Assembly (NCBI RefSeq): GCF_006345805.1
Contig: NC_042998.1
Span: forward strand, 62,806,001 to 62,870,000
Length of the DNA stretch: 64,000 bases
Origin: Octopus sinensis
Taxonomy: Eukaryota
Direction of reading: 5' to 3'
Shown: positions 26,833 through 41,749 of the stretch, piece by piece
Layout of the letters: every line of letters starts with the position of its first letter
How positions within the stretch are numbered: position 1 is the first letter of the stretch
Translations under genes and position numbers: made by a program
Notes under the pieces: model-generated
Seen by the model: only the letters and a program-made list of their open reading frames with translations
Told to the model about the DNA's origin: nothing
Database searches by the model: none

Positions 26833-27187
26833 TGAGGCGCAATGCCTCAGTGGTTAGGTCAGCAGACTCGCAGACGTAGGATCGCGGTTTCGATTCCCAG
26901 ACCGGGCGTTGTGAGTGTTTATTGAGCGAAATCACCTAAAGCTCCACGATGCTCCGGTAGGGGTTGGTGTCGAACCCAGCTGTACTCATTCACCACAATT
27001 TCCTCTCCCTCTTCCTTCCTGTTTCTGTTGTACCTGTATTTCAAAGAGCCAGCCTTGTCACATTCTGTATCACGCTGAATCTCACCCGAGACCTACGTTT
27101 AGTGTACACGTGTCTGTGGAATGCACGTTAATTCATGAGCAGGCTGTTCCGTTGATCGGATCAACTGGAACCCTTGTCGTCGTAACT
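26833..27187 (+). mobile_element. Family A tRNA-SINE
   Basis: tggcctcagtgg A-box-like, gtttcgattccc B-box and family A body; a headless copy follows at ~27318-27520. Confidence 0.8.
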
Positions 27188-27203
27188 GCATGTATATATA
27201 TAT

Positions 27204-27247
<44 letters not shown>

Positions 27248-28152
27248 TATATATGTGTGTGTGTGTGTGTATGTATATATATATATATTATATATATATA
27301 TATATTATATATATATGACGTTGCTCCAGTCCACTCAGCGGAGTTGTACCTGTATTTCAAAGGGCCAGCCGTGTCACACTGTGTCACGTTGAATCTTCCC
27401 CGAGAACTACGTTAGTGTACACGAGTCTGTGGAGTGCTCAGCCACTTGTAGATTCATTTCACGAACAGGCTGTTCCATTGATAGGATCAACTGGAATCCT
27501 CGTTGTCGTAATCGACAGACTGCCACGACTAATACCAAGAGCTTCATTGGACAATCTGAGGAAACTTCAAGCTGACTTTCGTCTTCTTTCCACTGTGGCA
27601 TGCCACTTGTCCCCCGCTCGTTCTTGCAGCACTCCTTCATATAAACCCCTGGTAGTTTGTTTTCTTCATGTGTGTAGACTCGTTGATCACTCAACGCAGG
27701 TATATTAATAAATAGTCTGTTACGAGTTTTATGTTAATAAACATCATTTAGTGAAATTCAGGGATTCTTGCATATCATAGGAAGAAGAATATAATGATAT
27801 TATTATGCAAGGCTTCATTAGCCAGAGAAAAATATCATAATTTAGAATTGATCAAAGTCAAATGACTTTACATGGCCGGGATGATGTCTTTCCAGTAGCG
27901 TCCAGACAGTTGATGCAAATAAAATTCTGCGGTTTCGAAATGAAGGGTCTTTTCTTGGTCTTATACCATAGCCGATTCCTCGAGAAAAAGAGAGTTAGTG
28001 TGAGAGAGAGAGAGAGAGAGAGAGTGAGGCGAGGGAAGAGGAGAAATCGACCCCAGTGCGTGACTGTCATATTTGTATATACAGGAGATATGTGAAGTGA
28101 AATTACTGTCAGTGACATTTGAACTCCAAGCACAGAGAGCCAGAAGATTTTC

Positions 28153-28517
28153 TACAGGGCGATTCAGAAATCTCCATACACAGGAAAACATTTTTTTTAT
28201 AAGAAACAGTTGATAAAATCCCCTAGATTTCGTTATCTGACCCCTCTTAATTTCTGTCTTTGGGGACATTTGAAAGGCATGGTGTATCACTAAAAGATAA
28301 AAGACATAAATCATTTGAAGGAACGCATCACCAACTCCTTTGCACAGGTATCACCAGATGTGCTATTACGAGTTCACAATGAGTGGGGTAAACGTATTGC
28401 AATGTGTAATCAAAACAGTGGTAGCCATATAGAGATTGTTAAAAAAACTGTTCATAAACTGTTTCTTATAAAAAGATAAAGTGTTCCTATGTATGGCGAC
28501 TTTTGAATCACCCTGTA
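28153..28517 (+). mobile_element. Internally deleted Tc1/mariner-superfamily element with both TIRs
   Basis: TIRs TAcagggcgattcagaaatctccatacacagg and cctatgtatggcgactttttgaatcaccctgTA. The interior encodes LTPLNFCLWGHLKGMVY...HLKERIT, a transposase C-terminus. Confidence 0.85.
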
Positions 28518-29304
28518 GAATGTATTCTGTCCGACACTTTTACGACACTTCTACTTCACTGACTTCATGTTAGTAGTACTTCATATTGCTGTGGTCAAGG
28601 TAAATAACTTTTTTGTGAAAGAGTTCAGGAGGCTGCAAATAGAGTAGAGTAGAAGTAAAAAGCCTGCCTTGTAACAAGCAAAAGAAACGACTGTAGCACT
28701 GAAAATAACGAGCATTTCGTTGTCGAGTCTTAGCACTGAGCTCTCATTTCTGGCATCAATAGAACTAACCCAAGGTAGTGAAACCGGTAGATACTTATGA
28801 GCTCATATGTCACGGTGAGATAAAGATGTTGATGTTTCGAGCAGAGCTCTTCCTCAGGGAAAGAGGTATGTTTTACTTTTTCTAGAATAAAAATATGTTC
28901 CTCGTACAAGAGTCAAGATCGCCGGAAATGAACATCGGCTGTTAATGTTTTGTTGCAGCTGTTGTTCCACCTTATCTTATTCCTAATCGAAAAAACATGG
29001 TTTTATTTTTTTAAAGTCTAAAACTCCCATATTCTTTCGGACTTTGTGTACCGAGAAATTTCCTTATTTAATAAGTTCTTCTTGTTTGGAGACCGCAGGA
29101 TGTTATTTAAGGAGTATTTGTCTGCTATTTAATATATATCGTATAATCACCCAGATGTTCCTCCGTTGCCTCAAATTGACTGTATTTGACCGGGAATTTG
29201 CAACCTGCATTGAAGTAAAGCAAACGTATGCTTACAATAAATAACTGAAATATTCTCTCACTTTTCTTCAGTCAAATATCTTTGTTCCTTCTCGAGACAT
29301 GCCT

Positions 29305-29580
29305 GACTCATTAGGGCCGGTTTCCCGGCTTCCTTGGCGTATAGGTTCCCCACCTGGACGGGACGCCGGTCCGTCGCAAGTGAGCTGCAAGATGCGGGAC
29401 GAAAGAGTGAGAGAAAGTTGTGGCGAAAGAGTCAACAGAAGTTCGCCATTACCTTCTGTCGGAGCCGCGTGGAGCTTAGGTGTTTCGCTCATAAACACAC
29501 ACATTGCCCGGTCAGAGATTTGAACCCGCGGTTCTCGATCGCGAGCCCGCTGCTCTGACCACTAGGCCATGTACCTCCAC
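29305..29580 (-). mobile_element. tRNA-SINE with V-domain-like segment
   Basis: tRNA-like head, gatttgaaccc B-box and minus-strand gacggaccggcgtcccgtccaggtg, reminiscent of the V-SINE domain (from memory). Confidence 0.6.
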
Positions 29581-30844
29581 TCAGTCAAATATAGAAAACA
29601 GAAATTAATTTGAAAACTACTGTAATCTATAACTTAATTTATCATTTGGAATAACAGTTAACTACTTTTGATCACTCATAATCTTCCAAATCATTTCCTA
29701 TTCACCAGACTGACAAATGAAGTTCGGTGAAAACAACAACAACAGCAGCAGCGGTAGTAGCAGCAGCATCAACGGCAGCAGCAGTAGAAACATCAAGAAA
29801 ACAAATAAACAAGCAACACACATTTTTCGTGATAATCTTCAATATCCGTCATTTATTTTAAAAATATAAAAAATTATTTTCACCTAATTCATTATCTTTA
29901 GAAGTTAAATATATTTTATCTGCAAAGCTAAAGTAATAATATTTTCTCCTTTGCTTTAGTTTCAATTTTATGTTTGTTTTTGTTTTTTTTCTTCCCCTTG
30001 GATTTTCACCTTTCAGACAGCAATAAACAATAACATGTTTAAGCACTATCTAAAATTATTAGTTTCTTCTAATATTTTACACCTGTTCATACTTCGTTGA
30101 CAGTTGCAACAGTTTCCCCATCGGGTTTATACTTAATTCACAATGGCTAAGTTCACCTTGAGCCTAAACTTTTCGCTACTGCAAGGTCTTCTTTAATTAG
30201 CTACCAAACCACGTTGAAATCACATTCTACAACCTTAAAATACATCATACTCGATAATATCGTCAGACTTGCGTAAAGATTGGATGGTCACGGCTGGAAT
30301 AACCTTGGTTATAGATCTACTCGATCAGAGACAATTTAGAAAAAAACCAACACTTGATAAATATAAAATAGGATTATGCATAGTTAGGGATTAGAAAGCA
30401 GCAGGTTATATCATTATTTCTTTAGCTTGCTGTTCTGTTCTCAGATATTCACGTTAAAGCAAATAGAAAAAACATTCCAATTTATTCATGATTGCTTGAA
30501 GACAAATTCTCCAGTGGTATCGCAAAGATCCAAACTTTGAGAAATATTAATTAGCATAAGTATTCCAAAACTATCTACTTCTCTTCATGTAGAACTCATG
30601 CAAATGAAGTCTTTCCATTTACAACCCCCTTTAGTTTCCGCATCAACTGCGTACACGTGCATCAGATTAATTCTCTTCCACTGTGTTATTAGAGTGTGTT
30701 TTTTTTCTTTTGTTACTGTTGCTGCAGTTAATCCCAAGGCAAATTTCATCGAAAGGATTTATATTCAAATGTTATCCAATCAAGGATATACATTTACGTA
30801 TTCAGAAATAAGCAAGCTTGAAACATACTAAGTGAAAACTATAG

Positions 30845-31190
30845 TTGATGATAAAAAGTCGAATTAAAAGTATTTAAATCTTGCGACTTGACAGGAATTT
30901 GAAATAAGCAAACTCTAAAGATTGTGCCTATTATAATTGGTACATTGGGGACTGTAAGCAAAGATATAGACAAATGGTTGAAGGAAATTGGAATAGAATG
31001 CCCTGTAGAACTTCTACAGAAAGTTTGCCTCTTAGCAACAGGGAAGATTATCAGGAGGGTCCTAAGCACTTGAAAGACTATTGAAAGCTTGTGGATACCT
31101 AAGGTCACTGGTAGTAACCCGCTTTCCACATAAATCCTGCCAGGAATAAGAACGAGCCTGAGACAAATCAATAATGATAATACAATAATT
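30845..31190 (+). mobile_element. 3' end of an RLE-type non-LTR retrotransposon (R4/Dong-like)
   Basis: KIVPIIIGTLGTVSKDIDKWLKEIGIECPVELLQKVCLLATGKIIRRVLST* (stop 31071-31073), then a short 3' UTR ending in AAT-rich repeats. Confidence 0.7.
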
Positions 31191-32442
31191 TGGACAATAC
31201 ACATTATTTGGTTCATAGTAGTTCGCTCGAAGATATAGTACAAACATGCGATGCACAAAAAATTCCAATCCTACAAAAATACATGTACATGTGATTGCTA
31301 TTAGTTTTAAAGTGTGATACAATATACATATGAACTCCAATTGGAAAGAAGCCCCAAAAAAGACATTGTTGATCAGTTAGAAAATGAAGGTGAAAAACAT
31401 GAAATGTATATCATGAGCCGAAATGCTCTAAATCGACCAAGCAAAAATCTTTAATTGGAAAACGGAGACAATTTAACTTACACTCGATAGAAACAAATAA
31501 CGATATATTTTATAATAATAGATAGATCTATTTTATAATAACAGATAGACTTTGAATAGTCACCTTATGAAAACTTCAGTTCACAAAGCTTATCGGACAA
31601 CTGCCGATTGACATGGTTTGATTGAACCCAAGCTTTGTGTGAGAAATTAGTTTCACAGAAACTGTCTAGAGGTCAGGCGGGTCGATTGAAGCCGTAATTT
31701 TAGATTCCAATCTTGTAATATTCTGCGCTACATTGATTATGTTAATATTGCATCGGGACAAAGATACGGGCATAATGTCCTTAGAATACTTAGCTACCGG
31801 CGCATTTATCCAACGTGAATAGTCAGTGTACAAATCGACGTAGATGCTTCAGACAGACAGACAGACAGACGCACACACACACACACACACATACGCACAC
31901 ACACATACACACACACACACATATAAAACCATGGGATTGCACCTAAAAAGTTCCCCTCCGAAGTAAAAGTCTGGGCAAAGAAGTTCTAGAAGACCAACAG
32001 TCGCCCATGCTCACCAGCCTCCACTCTCCACTTCTGGAAAGTTTTACAGAGTTTTACACTTCCAGTGATGGATTGCATCTGTAGTTGTCGAATTAGCTTT
32101 CCCCTTTCTAGTTTTTGAAATGCCTAATTTCTCAAGAATGGTATTTAGACAGTGTGTTACATATACCAGGGCTCCAATAATTACGGGTATAAACGTGAAC
32201 TTGTAATCTGTATAGAGTAACTGCAGATTTCTGTATGTATGTATGTATGTATGTATGTATGTATGTATGTATGTATGTATGTATGTATGTATGTATGTAT
32301 GTATGTATGAATGAGTGTGCGTGTGTGTGTGCGTATGTATGAATGAGTATCACTCTCTTGAGCAGGCATGCACATATGTTAATACATGAACACTCACATA
32401 TTCCAAAACATACATATATAGGAATGTATCCTATAGATATGC

Positions 32443-32476
<34 letters not shown>

Positions 32477-33085
32477 GTATGTACGTATATGCTTTTATAT
32501 ATACGTGCGTGTGTGCATGTGCGTATATATGTGCATATATATATATATGATTGCTTCATGTGAAGATATGATAACCGTTCCATCAAAACACACCACACCC
32601 CATCACACAGCTCAATCCCTCCGTTGATAAGCCCTCGTATGACTTTTACGACCTGCTGCTGACTGACCAGGGGTTAAAACACAAGTGACAGATATTATTC
32701 GAATTTCTTCTATATCGTTGCCTTTCGGAATCTGATTCGGAAAGAATGATTTTGTGAACTAGCATGTCTTTTAAGTCCAGATATTGTGTTACAAGTTTTC
32801 TGACATATGACACGAATCGTAAGAGGGTTGGTGTCCAAGATCATTACCTATCTTGGCATTACGATATTCCTGTAACTTCATATGGTTCACGTATCCTGGT
32901 TTTAACAACAAAAGACGGTCGCATATGATACATATCTAATGTTCACTGTTGATTCAATTGTTCCTTTTCGACAGGCCCTTTTAACTTCAGGCACCTATCC
33001 AGTTGTTCCGACCTACAGTAACATTTGCCCAATCACCTTTGTTCATATCTAGTTTCTTCTGAAACTAGATATGAACAAATATATA

Positions 33086-33169
<84 letters not shown>

Positions 33170-33179
33170 ATATTTCTAT

Positions 33180-33582
33180 TCTTTTTTCTTTTATTTTTTA
33201 TTTGTTTCAGTCATTTGACTGCGGTCATGCTAGAGTACTGCCTTTAGTCGAAGAAATCGACCCTGGGATCTATTCTTTGTAAGCCTAGTACTTATTCTAT
33301 CGGGTTCTTTTGCCAAACCGTTAAATTACGGGGATGTAAACACACTAACATCGGATGTCAATTGATGGTGGTGGTGGTTGGGGGGACAAACACAGACACA
33401 CACACACACAAGTATATATACGACGAGTTTCTTTCAGTTTCGTCTTCCAAATCCACACACAAGGCTTTGGTCGGCCCGAGGCTACAGTAGAAGATAATTA
33501 CCCGAGGTGCCACGCAGTGAGAGTGAACTCGGGACCCTATGGTTGAGAAGCAAGCTTCTTACCACACAGCCACTCCTGCATA
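33180..33582 (-). mobile_element. Family B SINE, near full length
   Basis: gtttcagtcatttgactgcgg tail, ggctttggtcggcccgagg core and tRNA-like head. Confidence 0.8.
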
Positions 33583-34679
33583 TTAGTAAATTAATAATAC
33601 AGTTTGAAATAGCCATAAAATGTAACCATCATCATCATCATCGTCATCATTCTTATTCTGATCAATAATAACATTGATAATAATTATAATAATAACAGTA
33701 ACAACAACAGCTATAATATCAATCATACCAACATTTCTAATTTAATTTTCAACAAAATTATAAGAATAGAAACTTATTCCCACATTCCACATTATTATCG
33801 CTGTTTTCTAGAAATATCCATTTTCTATAAATATTTTTCTGTTGAGATATCTAAGACAGTCACTCTGAAGAACCTTTTTTCTTTTTCAAATTCACTTGTA
33901 AAATTTATTCACATTGTTATAGTTGCATAACCACAACGTAAGTTAAAATTTTCTTCAATATCGCCCGGTCTTTGATCTCTCCCCGCTGTCATTACACTAT
34001 ACACTTAGGACGAATGATACACAGAAGCGAAGTTTTCTTGTCGTCTGGTAGATGTCCGAGCACAACAAAGCGGTGGAATGGAAAACATTGCAATGCTTTA
34101 ATGTATCTTCCTCCTTCCCCTTTCCTCCTCTGTCGTTGTGACGTTTAAGTTTAGTCATTTGTACTTTGATACAGTAACTGAGCTGGAATGCGGCGGAGAT
34201 TAACGAGCATTTCTCTGTGGAATGCGATTGATATGTCAGCTGAAACGCTATTTGAAAAGTTTAATTCGATATTGGCATTGTGATATTCTGAAAATAACCA
34301 TTCTCAAGAATTCAAAGAAATGTTTTCCTGGAGAGCTTTCTACTAAGTCAATTACATTGTAACATGTACTTTTCGAAATTCAATTGTAAAATTAATTTAT
34401 AATGTAATAGTACACAAACGCACGCACACACAGACATACACATCCACACACACGCACACACACATACACAAACACATATATGTATATCACATTGTGAAAT
34501 TATATACATATATGCCTGCATATATTGTATATGTATTGTATGTGCGTATTTATGTATGTATCCATCCTTTCATCCATCCGTTCGTCCGTGCATCCATATA
34601 TATATGGACACACACACACACACACACGCGCGCGCGCGTGTGCGTTTCTCCCCACTACACCGTTTGACAACCGTCCGTC

Positions 34680-34900
<221 letters not shown>

Positions 34901-35209
34901 ATCTGACCTTGTATGCAGTTGTCCAATAGTTATCAATATGTTAGGAGGATAAGCACCCATACATTAGGTAGTCGAATGGTTGTGCCATTTATACAGTTTT
35001 ATAGACTTAGTCTCGTAACAGCCGACTCCTGTTGCCGATCAGTTTTGTGCTAAAGAATCTTGGAAGAGCGTAGAACTATCACCTAACGGCATCCACACAT
35101 ATAATTTTCATACAGATACATGCATACTTATGTACGTACATACGTACACACACAAATACACACACACACACACACATACACAAACACACACACATCCACA
35201 CCCAGATAC

Positions 35210-35348
35210 ATAGTTCTGGATTCTGTTCCTCTGTATGTTACCTTGGGCAAGTGTTTTCTACTATAGCCTCAGGCTGACCAAAGCCTTAGGAGTGGATTTA
35301 AAATACGGAAACTAAAAGAAGCCCATCACACACACACACACACACACG

Positions 35349-35396
<48 letters not shown>

Positions 35397-35600
35397 CGTA
35401 TTTCTCCCACTACACCGTTTGACAACTTGTGTTGGTTTGCTTATGTCTCCATACCCTAGCGGTTCGTCAAACGGTAGAGATTCAATAAAATACTAGGCTT
35501 AAAAATGTTCTGGGACCGATTTCTTTGGTAAAAATTCATCAAGATTGTGCTCCATCTTGGCCGCAGTCAAGTGAATAAAACAAGTAAAAGATAGAGAGCA
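35210..35600 (+). mobile_element. Family B SINE with internal (CA)n(TA)n(TG)n
   Basis: ttgggcaagtgttttctactatagcc core and family tail. Confidence 0.75.
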
Positions 35601-36859
35601 AACAATATAAATATGTCACAAACACGCACACACATGCATACACACACAAACACGCACATACACACGTACGCGCACACACTCATACGCACACACACACACA
35701 TACACACACGCACGCACACTCACACACAAACACACGCATGCACACACGCACACACACAAACACGCATACGTACACACACACATTTATATACGTATTTATA
35801 TATATTACAGGAAAAGGAGACCAAAACCATAGCAGGACGAGTATCTCAGGTAATTTAGAATATTCAATAAGAGTAAGGTAAATTATAGATGGAGAAAGTA
35901 GAAGTAATTAATGTCCCAGGTGATGGGCCCACATCTTCACACACTGGGTATTCCGTCATCAGAGACAAGTTGAGTGTATGTATGATCAGTGGTGGACTGG
36001 ACTGGTAGTCGACTTGCCTGATGGCAAGTGGACCCCTGCGCCATTATAATCCATATAGGTGGGAGGAGTCCCTGTTAGTATCTAAGGGTCCAATCACCTC
36101 AAGTTAGAGCATTTTCTTATTCACTCCTGGAAGAATGCATTTATTATTTCAGCCTGACTGTGTTTGTAGACAGCTGCAAAGAATACTTTTAACAAAGAAA
36201 GAAAAGTTAAAAATTAAATGATAGCATTGTAGTTGTGAGTGGGACCCTTTGTAGTTGCTGGTGGGTCTCCTTAGTCTCCTGGCAACCGATAATTTTAGAC
36301 CCAATCCGACACTGTGTATGAAAGTTCCAGACAAAGAATTCACAGTATATAAAAGAATAAAACAGTAGATAGAAGTATAAAGACAGGAGAATGAAGTTCA
36401 CAGTTCATCTTGTTCAAGAGGTTACATAGGTCAGTCCGTACTTCCGGGAAGGTATTGCTCCTTAAGTATTATCTCTGGTAAATCCAGGCAGTATTATGAA
36501 TGTTGCATTCAGATTGAAGGAATAGATCTAGGGGTTAGCTTTGTAATAAAAAAGGTCCACATATGTATGTCGTGTGAGAGTGATAGACATTATGATAGAC
36601 ATATAGATCAAAGAGAAAGGGGGTGGGTGAGTGAGTTTTCTATTTTCTCTTCTCTTCACTCACTCACCCCTCCTTTCTCTCTGGTCTGTCTGTCTGTCTA
36701 TCATGATGTCTGTCTCATATGCATGTATGCATGCATGTATGTATGTATGTAGGTAGGTATTTATGTATGTATGTATGTATGTAGGTATGTATGTAGATAT
36801 GTTGTAGGCATGTATACATACATATATGTATACATACATTCAAACGTACATACATGCAT

Positions 36860-37190
36860 GTAAAAACAGAGCTCTCCGTCGGATACGACGACGAGGGTCC
36901 CAGCTGATACGATCAACGGAACAGCTTGCTCGTGAAATTAACGTGCAAGTGGTTGAGCACTCCACAGACACGTGTACTCTTAACGTAGTTCTCGGGGAGA
37001 TTCAGCGTGACACAGAGTGTGACAAGACAGGCCCTTTGAAATACAGGTGCTACTCATTTTTGACAGCTGTGCGGACTGGAGCAACGTCAAAATAAAGTAT
37101 CTTGCTCAAGGATACAATGCGTCGCCGGGAATCGAACTCACAACCTTACGATCATGAGCTGAATGGCCTAACCACTAAACCACGCGTCCT
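36860..37190 (-). mobile_element. Family A tRNA-SINE
   Basis: Reverse complement of the family A body and head. Confidence 0.8.
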
Positions 37191-38018
37191 CGCACATAAA
37201 TACATACATACATACACACATACATACAAGCACACATACAAACATACATACAAACACACGCACACATATACATGCATACATGCTTGCATACCTACCTACA
37301 TACCTACCTACCTACCTACCTACCTACCTACCTACCTACTTACCTACCTATCTACATACACATACATACATACATACATACATACATACATACATACATA
37401 CATACATACATACATACACGGATCGATTTTGGCAGGAAGGCAAAAGCCATAATCGTCTTCCAGGAAATTTGCATTAAGGAAACAAAGATGTACGAAACTG
37501 AAAAGTCCTGTGAATTATATCATCTCTCATTTTCGTCACTTGAAGCCTCTTTTAATATTAAAAAAACAAAATGTGCGATAAAAGTAGAGAAATGCTATAT
37601 AAACATCTTTGACAGTAAGAATTTGTTCAAAATGATATTTCTTTCTACTTCAAAAAAGAAAAATAAACATAGAAATAATTCTAATGTATCCTAGCCTCCA
37701 ACAGAACATTAACTAAAAATTTGCTTCCAGCCATATTTCTCATGTTTAAGAGTAAAACTTCTCGTTTAGCCACAACCTTAGAGTTTCCTGATGAGAAAAG
37801 CAAATAAAGCAAAATGAGAGATAAAATTATATGACGTAGAGAAAATCATATGACGTAGAGAAAAAAAAGTAATGTGTTTCTATAATTTGACCCCAATTTA
37901 TGAATTTACGTCTTGTCGTAATGTCAGACGGAGCAACAATTTACGAAATAGCTTTTAGTGTAATTTGGAAAAATTTCCCGAAGGAAAAACCCGGATGCAT
38001 CTTCAGCTATGTATGTAC

Positions 38019-38064
<46 letters not shown>

Positions 38065-38147
38065 ATATACGTACACGCACCTATACATCCACACAAAAAT
38101 ACACATATAAACATACATACACCGCTACACGCACACACACACACGCA

Positions 38148-38193
<46 letters not shown>

Positions 38194-38194
38194 G

Positions 38195-38232
<38 letters not shown>

Positions 38233-38726
38233 ATATATAAATTCAATATGTAGATAAGTGGGGTTAGAAATTTTCTATAGAATGTGTGAAGTAAATTTGT
38301 GTTTGTTCATGAGAAACCTTCACAAGCTCACACGGACATACATACATTTCTTACTATACCACGAGTTTCACAAAGAGAGGTCATTAGATACAGTGATATA
38401 ATACATAAGTAGAAAGACTGAAATTGGTCAAGAAATCACTGTCTGATTATTCAATGATGTGTCCAGTGAAGTCTCTTCAATCATAGTGCCACGTTGTTAG
38501 ATTTGTTTTGTGTAAAATTCGCATACGTACATACATACATACATACATACATACATACATACATACATACATACATACATACATACATACATACATTCAA
38601 ACATACAGTAAATATATATGCAAAGCATTTCTCAAATTTAAAATGTGAAATAATTTCGTTATCTACATCCAGATGATGAATTAATTAAAAAGCAGAAGAG
38701 AAAATACATATGCAACATCCCGTCAC

Positions 38727-38757
<31 letters not shown>

Positions 38758-38940
38758 TGTATGTATGTATGTATGTATGTATGTATGTATGTATGTATGT
38801 ATGTATGTATGTATGTATTTATGTATGTATGCATGTATGTATGTATGTATGCATATATATATATGTAAGTATATATGTATATATATATGTGAATATATAT
38901 GTATATATATACATATGTAAGTATATAAGTATATATATAT

Positions 38941-38997
<57 letters not shown>

Positions 38998-39048
38998 TGT
39001 GTGTATGTAGGCCTGTATATATATATATATAGGTGTGTGTATGTAGGC

Positions 39049-39088
<40 letters not shown>

Positions 39089-39207
39089 GAATGTAAATTT
39101 AAAATAGTAAGGGCGAAAAATTGAATATTAATTTGATTAATATCAATTTAAAACCAGTAGTCTGGCATATTAAAATCTGAAGATTCAGAAAATTTATATT
39201 ACATACA

Positions 39208-39406
39208 TACGTGGACATCCATTATGCTAGAAGGAATGTTCTCAAGAAAAATTGGCAAACGCCAGAACGTAAGCGAGCAAGAGTGTTTCTTTTCATTTGT
39301 CTTGCTCGCTTACGTTCTGGCGTTTTGCTAAATTTTCTTGAGAACATTCTTTTATTTATGGTAAGACCATAGCGGATCTACTTCTAGCATAATGGATGTC
39401 CACGTA
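39208..39406. repeat. Nested fold-back element flanked by TA (MITE-like)
   Basis: Perfect 26-bp outer arms (tacgtggacatccattatgctagaag / cttctagcataatggatgtccacgta) and ~49-bp inner arms. Confidence 0.88.
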
Positions 39407-39894
39407 GTGGTCGTCCCCCTTATATGTATTTATGAATGTATGTATTTGCGTATGCATCCTTACGGGCAAGTATGTCTATAGGTATATACACGTGCTTGTG
39501 GACGCAGGCATGAATAACATTATATATGTAGATATCAAATACAAAACTTCATGAATGTTTTAAATATTTTGACGGTACCGTTTATCGTTTGTTGCTGCAA
39601 TCTATTGGTAAGCCGTGTTCTTTCTAGTTTTGTCAGACCCAGATTCTCAAGCTTGGTAAGGAGACTGTTCCTCACGTAGCCAACTGCTCGAATAATTATT
39701 GACAATTATCTAAAGCTATAATCTGGATGGAATAACAGCAAATTTCTCAATAGTTCGCTATAGATGTTTAATTTTCACTAAACTTAACCAACCTAATTCC
39801 ATCTTGATATCTGTTGGGCCATTGATTTCGAAGATACTTTACTCTCATCCAGACCGTTATGCCTGGCATTTCACCAGTGTTATATCAAATTATG

Positions 39895-41107
39895 TACGAG
39901 ATCTGATCAATAAGTATCTGGAATGTTTTTATAAAAGCAAAACTACAATACTTACCAATTTGGCATTTAATCACACTTAGTTCATCGCTGCTTCCATCGA
40001 TGGAAGCATTCTGGAACTCGTTCTTTGGGTTAATCAGCAGCTGCTTCGTCGCATTTACTTTGATTTCTTTGTTGTCTTGAAATCTTCCTTTCAAGCGGGA
40101 TTTGATTATTGGAAAGAGGAAAAATCGCAAGGGGCGAGGTTTGAGGAATGCTGTGCTTAGCCAAAAGCTGCTTCACAAGCTGCGCTGAATAGGCAGGTTC
40201 GTAGTCATGGTGCAATAGCCACTCACCGGACGCATGCAACTGTGGCCTTTTTCGACGAATAGCATCCCATGGACGCAGCAAAAATTCACGGTAGTACTCA
40301 TTGTTTACTCTCTGACCAGGTGGAGCATACTTATGATGAACAATCCCCTTGTAGTCGCAGAAAGCGGTCAACAGCGTCTTCACATTATTCGGTCTCGGTG
40401 AAGTTCGGAGGTCTTCCACTGCGAAGACTGAGCCTTTGTTTGGGTCATAGCCATAGACCCACCATTCATCAGCCGTTATGACCGTTTTGAAAAAGTTCTC
40501 ATCGTCCTCGACACAATCAAGGAGATCTTGAACAACTGAAATCCGAGTGTATTTTTGGTTAGTTGAAAGCAGATTTGGCACAAACTTGGAAGACACGGGT
40601 CTCATACCGAAATCTTCAGTGATAATGGACTGAACTGTAATGAATCTGCTCATCCTCTAATATACACACACGGATGGTGACTCAACGATTTCCCCTCACA
40701 GCTGCACGCACATCTGCGGTGTTTTTCTCAGTCCTGCTGGTTGTGAACCTCCCAGAAGGTTCGTCACTATCGACATTTTTCGACCATCTTCGAAACGTCT
40801 GAACCACTTGTACACTTGTGGGCGCTCACATACTCCTCTCCATACGCTTCCCGTAACTTTGCGTAGGCCTTTGAGCAGGTGGCGCCAAGCTTTTGACAAC
40901 TTTCTCTGTCACGGTCAATGCTACGATAGCACTGTATACATGTTCATTCAAACCACTGCTGTAAACAGCAGAAGTGAGCTACACTGTTAAAACGTAGTGC
41001 GCAGGCACAGGAAGTTCGAGGTCAATCCGTACCAAGCGACTTCACTCTGCGTACTTTAGGTTCGTTACTATGGCAACAGTCCAGATACTTATTGATCAGA
41101 CCACGTA
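39895..41107 (-). mobile_element. Near full-length decayed mariner (irritans-like), both TIRs
   Basis: TIRs TAcgagatctgatcaataagtatctgga and tccagatacttattgatcagaccacgTA. ORF pieces VYKWFRRFEDGR, VSSKFVPNLL, VITADEWWVYGYDP and LHHDYEPAY. Confidence 0.93.
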
Positions 41108-41419
41108 TGGTTATGTCCTCCACATCACTTTAGTTTCTGATATCTGTTTCCTCAGGATTAAGCAGTCTACAGATTTCATTATGTAGTGTTCTTACCACAT
41201 GTTGTCTCATAGGCAAATGATACCGTGACAACATTTTCTGACGGATACGTTTGATATGGTTTACATACTCAAAATTAATTCCACGAAGCTGCTTTAATGG
41301 GATTCCTCTGCATAGTTATCCTGTTTGTGTATCAAATATAATGTTGATATTTCCGGCCTCTGCATTCCATATATAAACACATACACACATATAACTCATT
41401 TTAACATTTTAAACGTATA

Positions 41420-41625
41420 TTCTTTTATTCATTTATTTCTTTGTCATGTGACTGCGGCGATGCTGGTGCACCGCCTTTAGTCGAACAAATCGACCCCAGG
41501 ACTGACTCTTTGTAAGCCTAGTACTTATTCTATCGTTCTCTTCTGCCTAACCGCTAGGTTACGAAGATGTAAACATACCAATATCGGTTGTCAAGCGATG
41601 GTGGGGAACAAATACACGCAGACAC
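41420..41625 (-). mobile_element. Family B SINE 3' half
   Basis: gcgatgctggtgcaccgcc...aaatcgaccccagg...aagcctagtac. Confidence 0.75.
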
Positions 41626-41642
41626 AGACATAGACACACACT

Positions 41643-41749
<107 letters not shown>

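Noticed and set aside
28831-28857. Minus-strand CTGAGGA-a-GAGCtctGCTC-GAAACATC with a canonical core
   Set aside because: Stem III is mutated (CGT to CAT) and the flanks do not form stem I, so it is not called as a ribozyme. It may mark a third hammerhead-bearing family.
31581-31639. cacaaagctt...aagctttgtg as a pre-miRNA
   Set aside because: Only 10 bp pair and the interior does not extend the stem.
34651-34671. 21-bp match to 35406-35426 as another local templated insertion
   Set aside because: The sequence is part of the family B SINE, so a shared subfamily origin explains it equally well.
35900-36560. GC-richer segment whose minus frame contains KIIGCQETK, like an L1 endonuclease motif
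   Set aside because: A single short motif with no other endonuclease motifs recognisable; it cannot be assigned.
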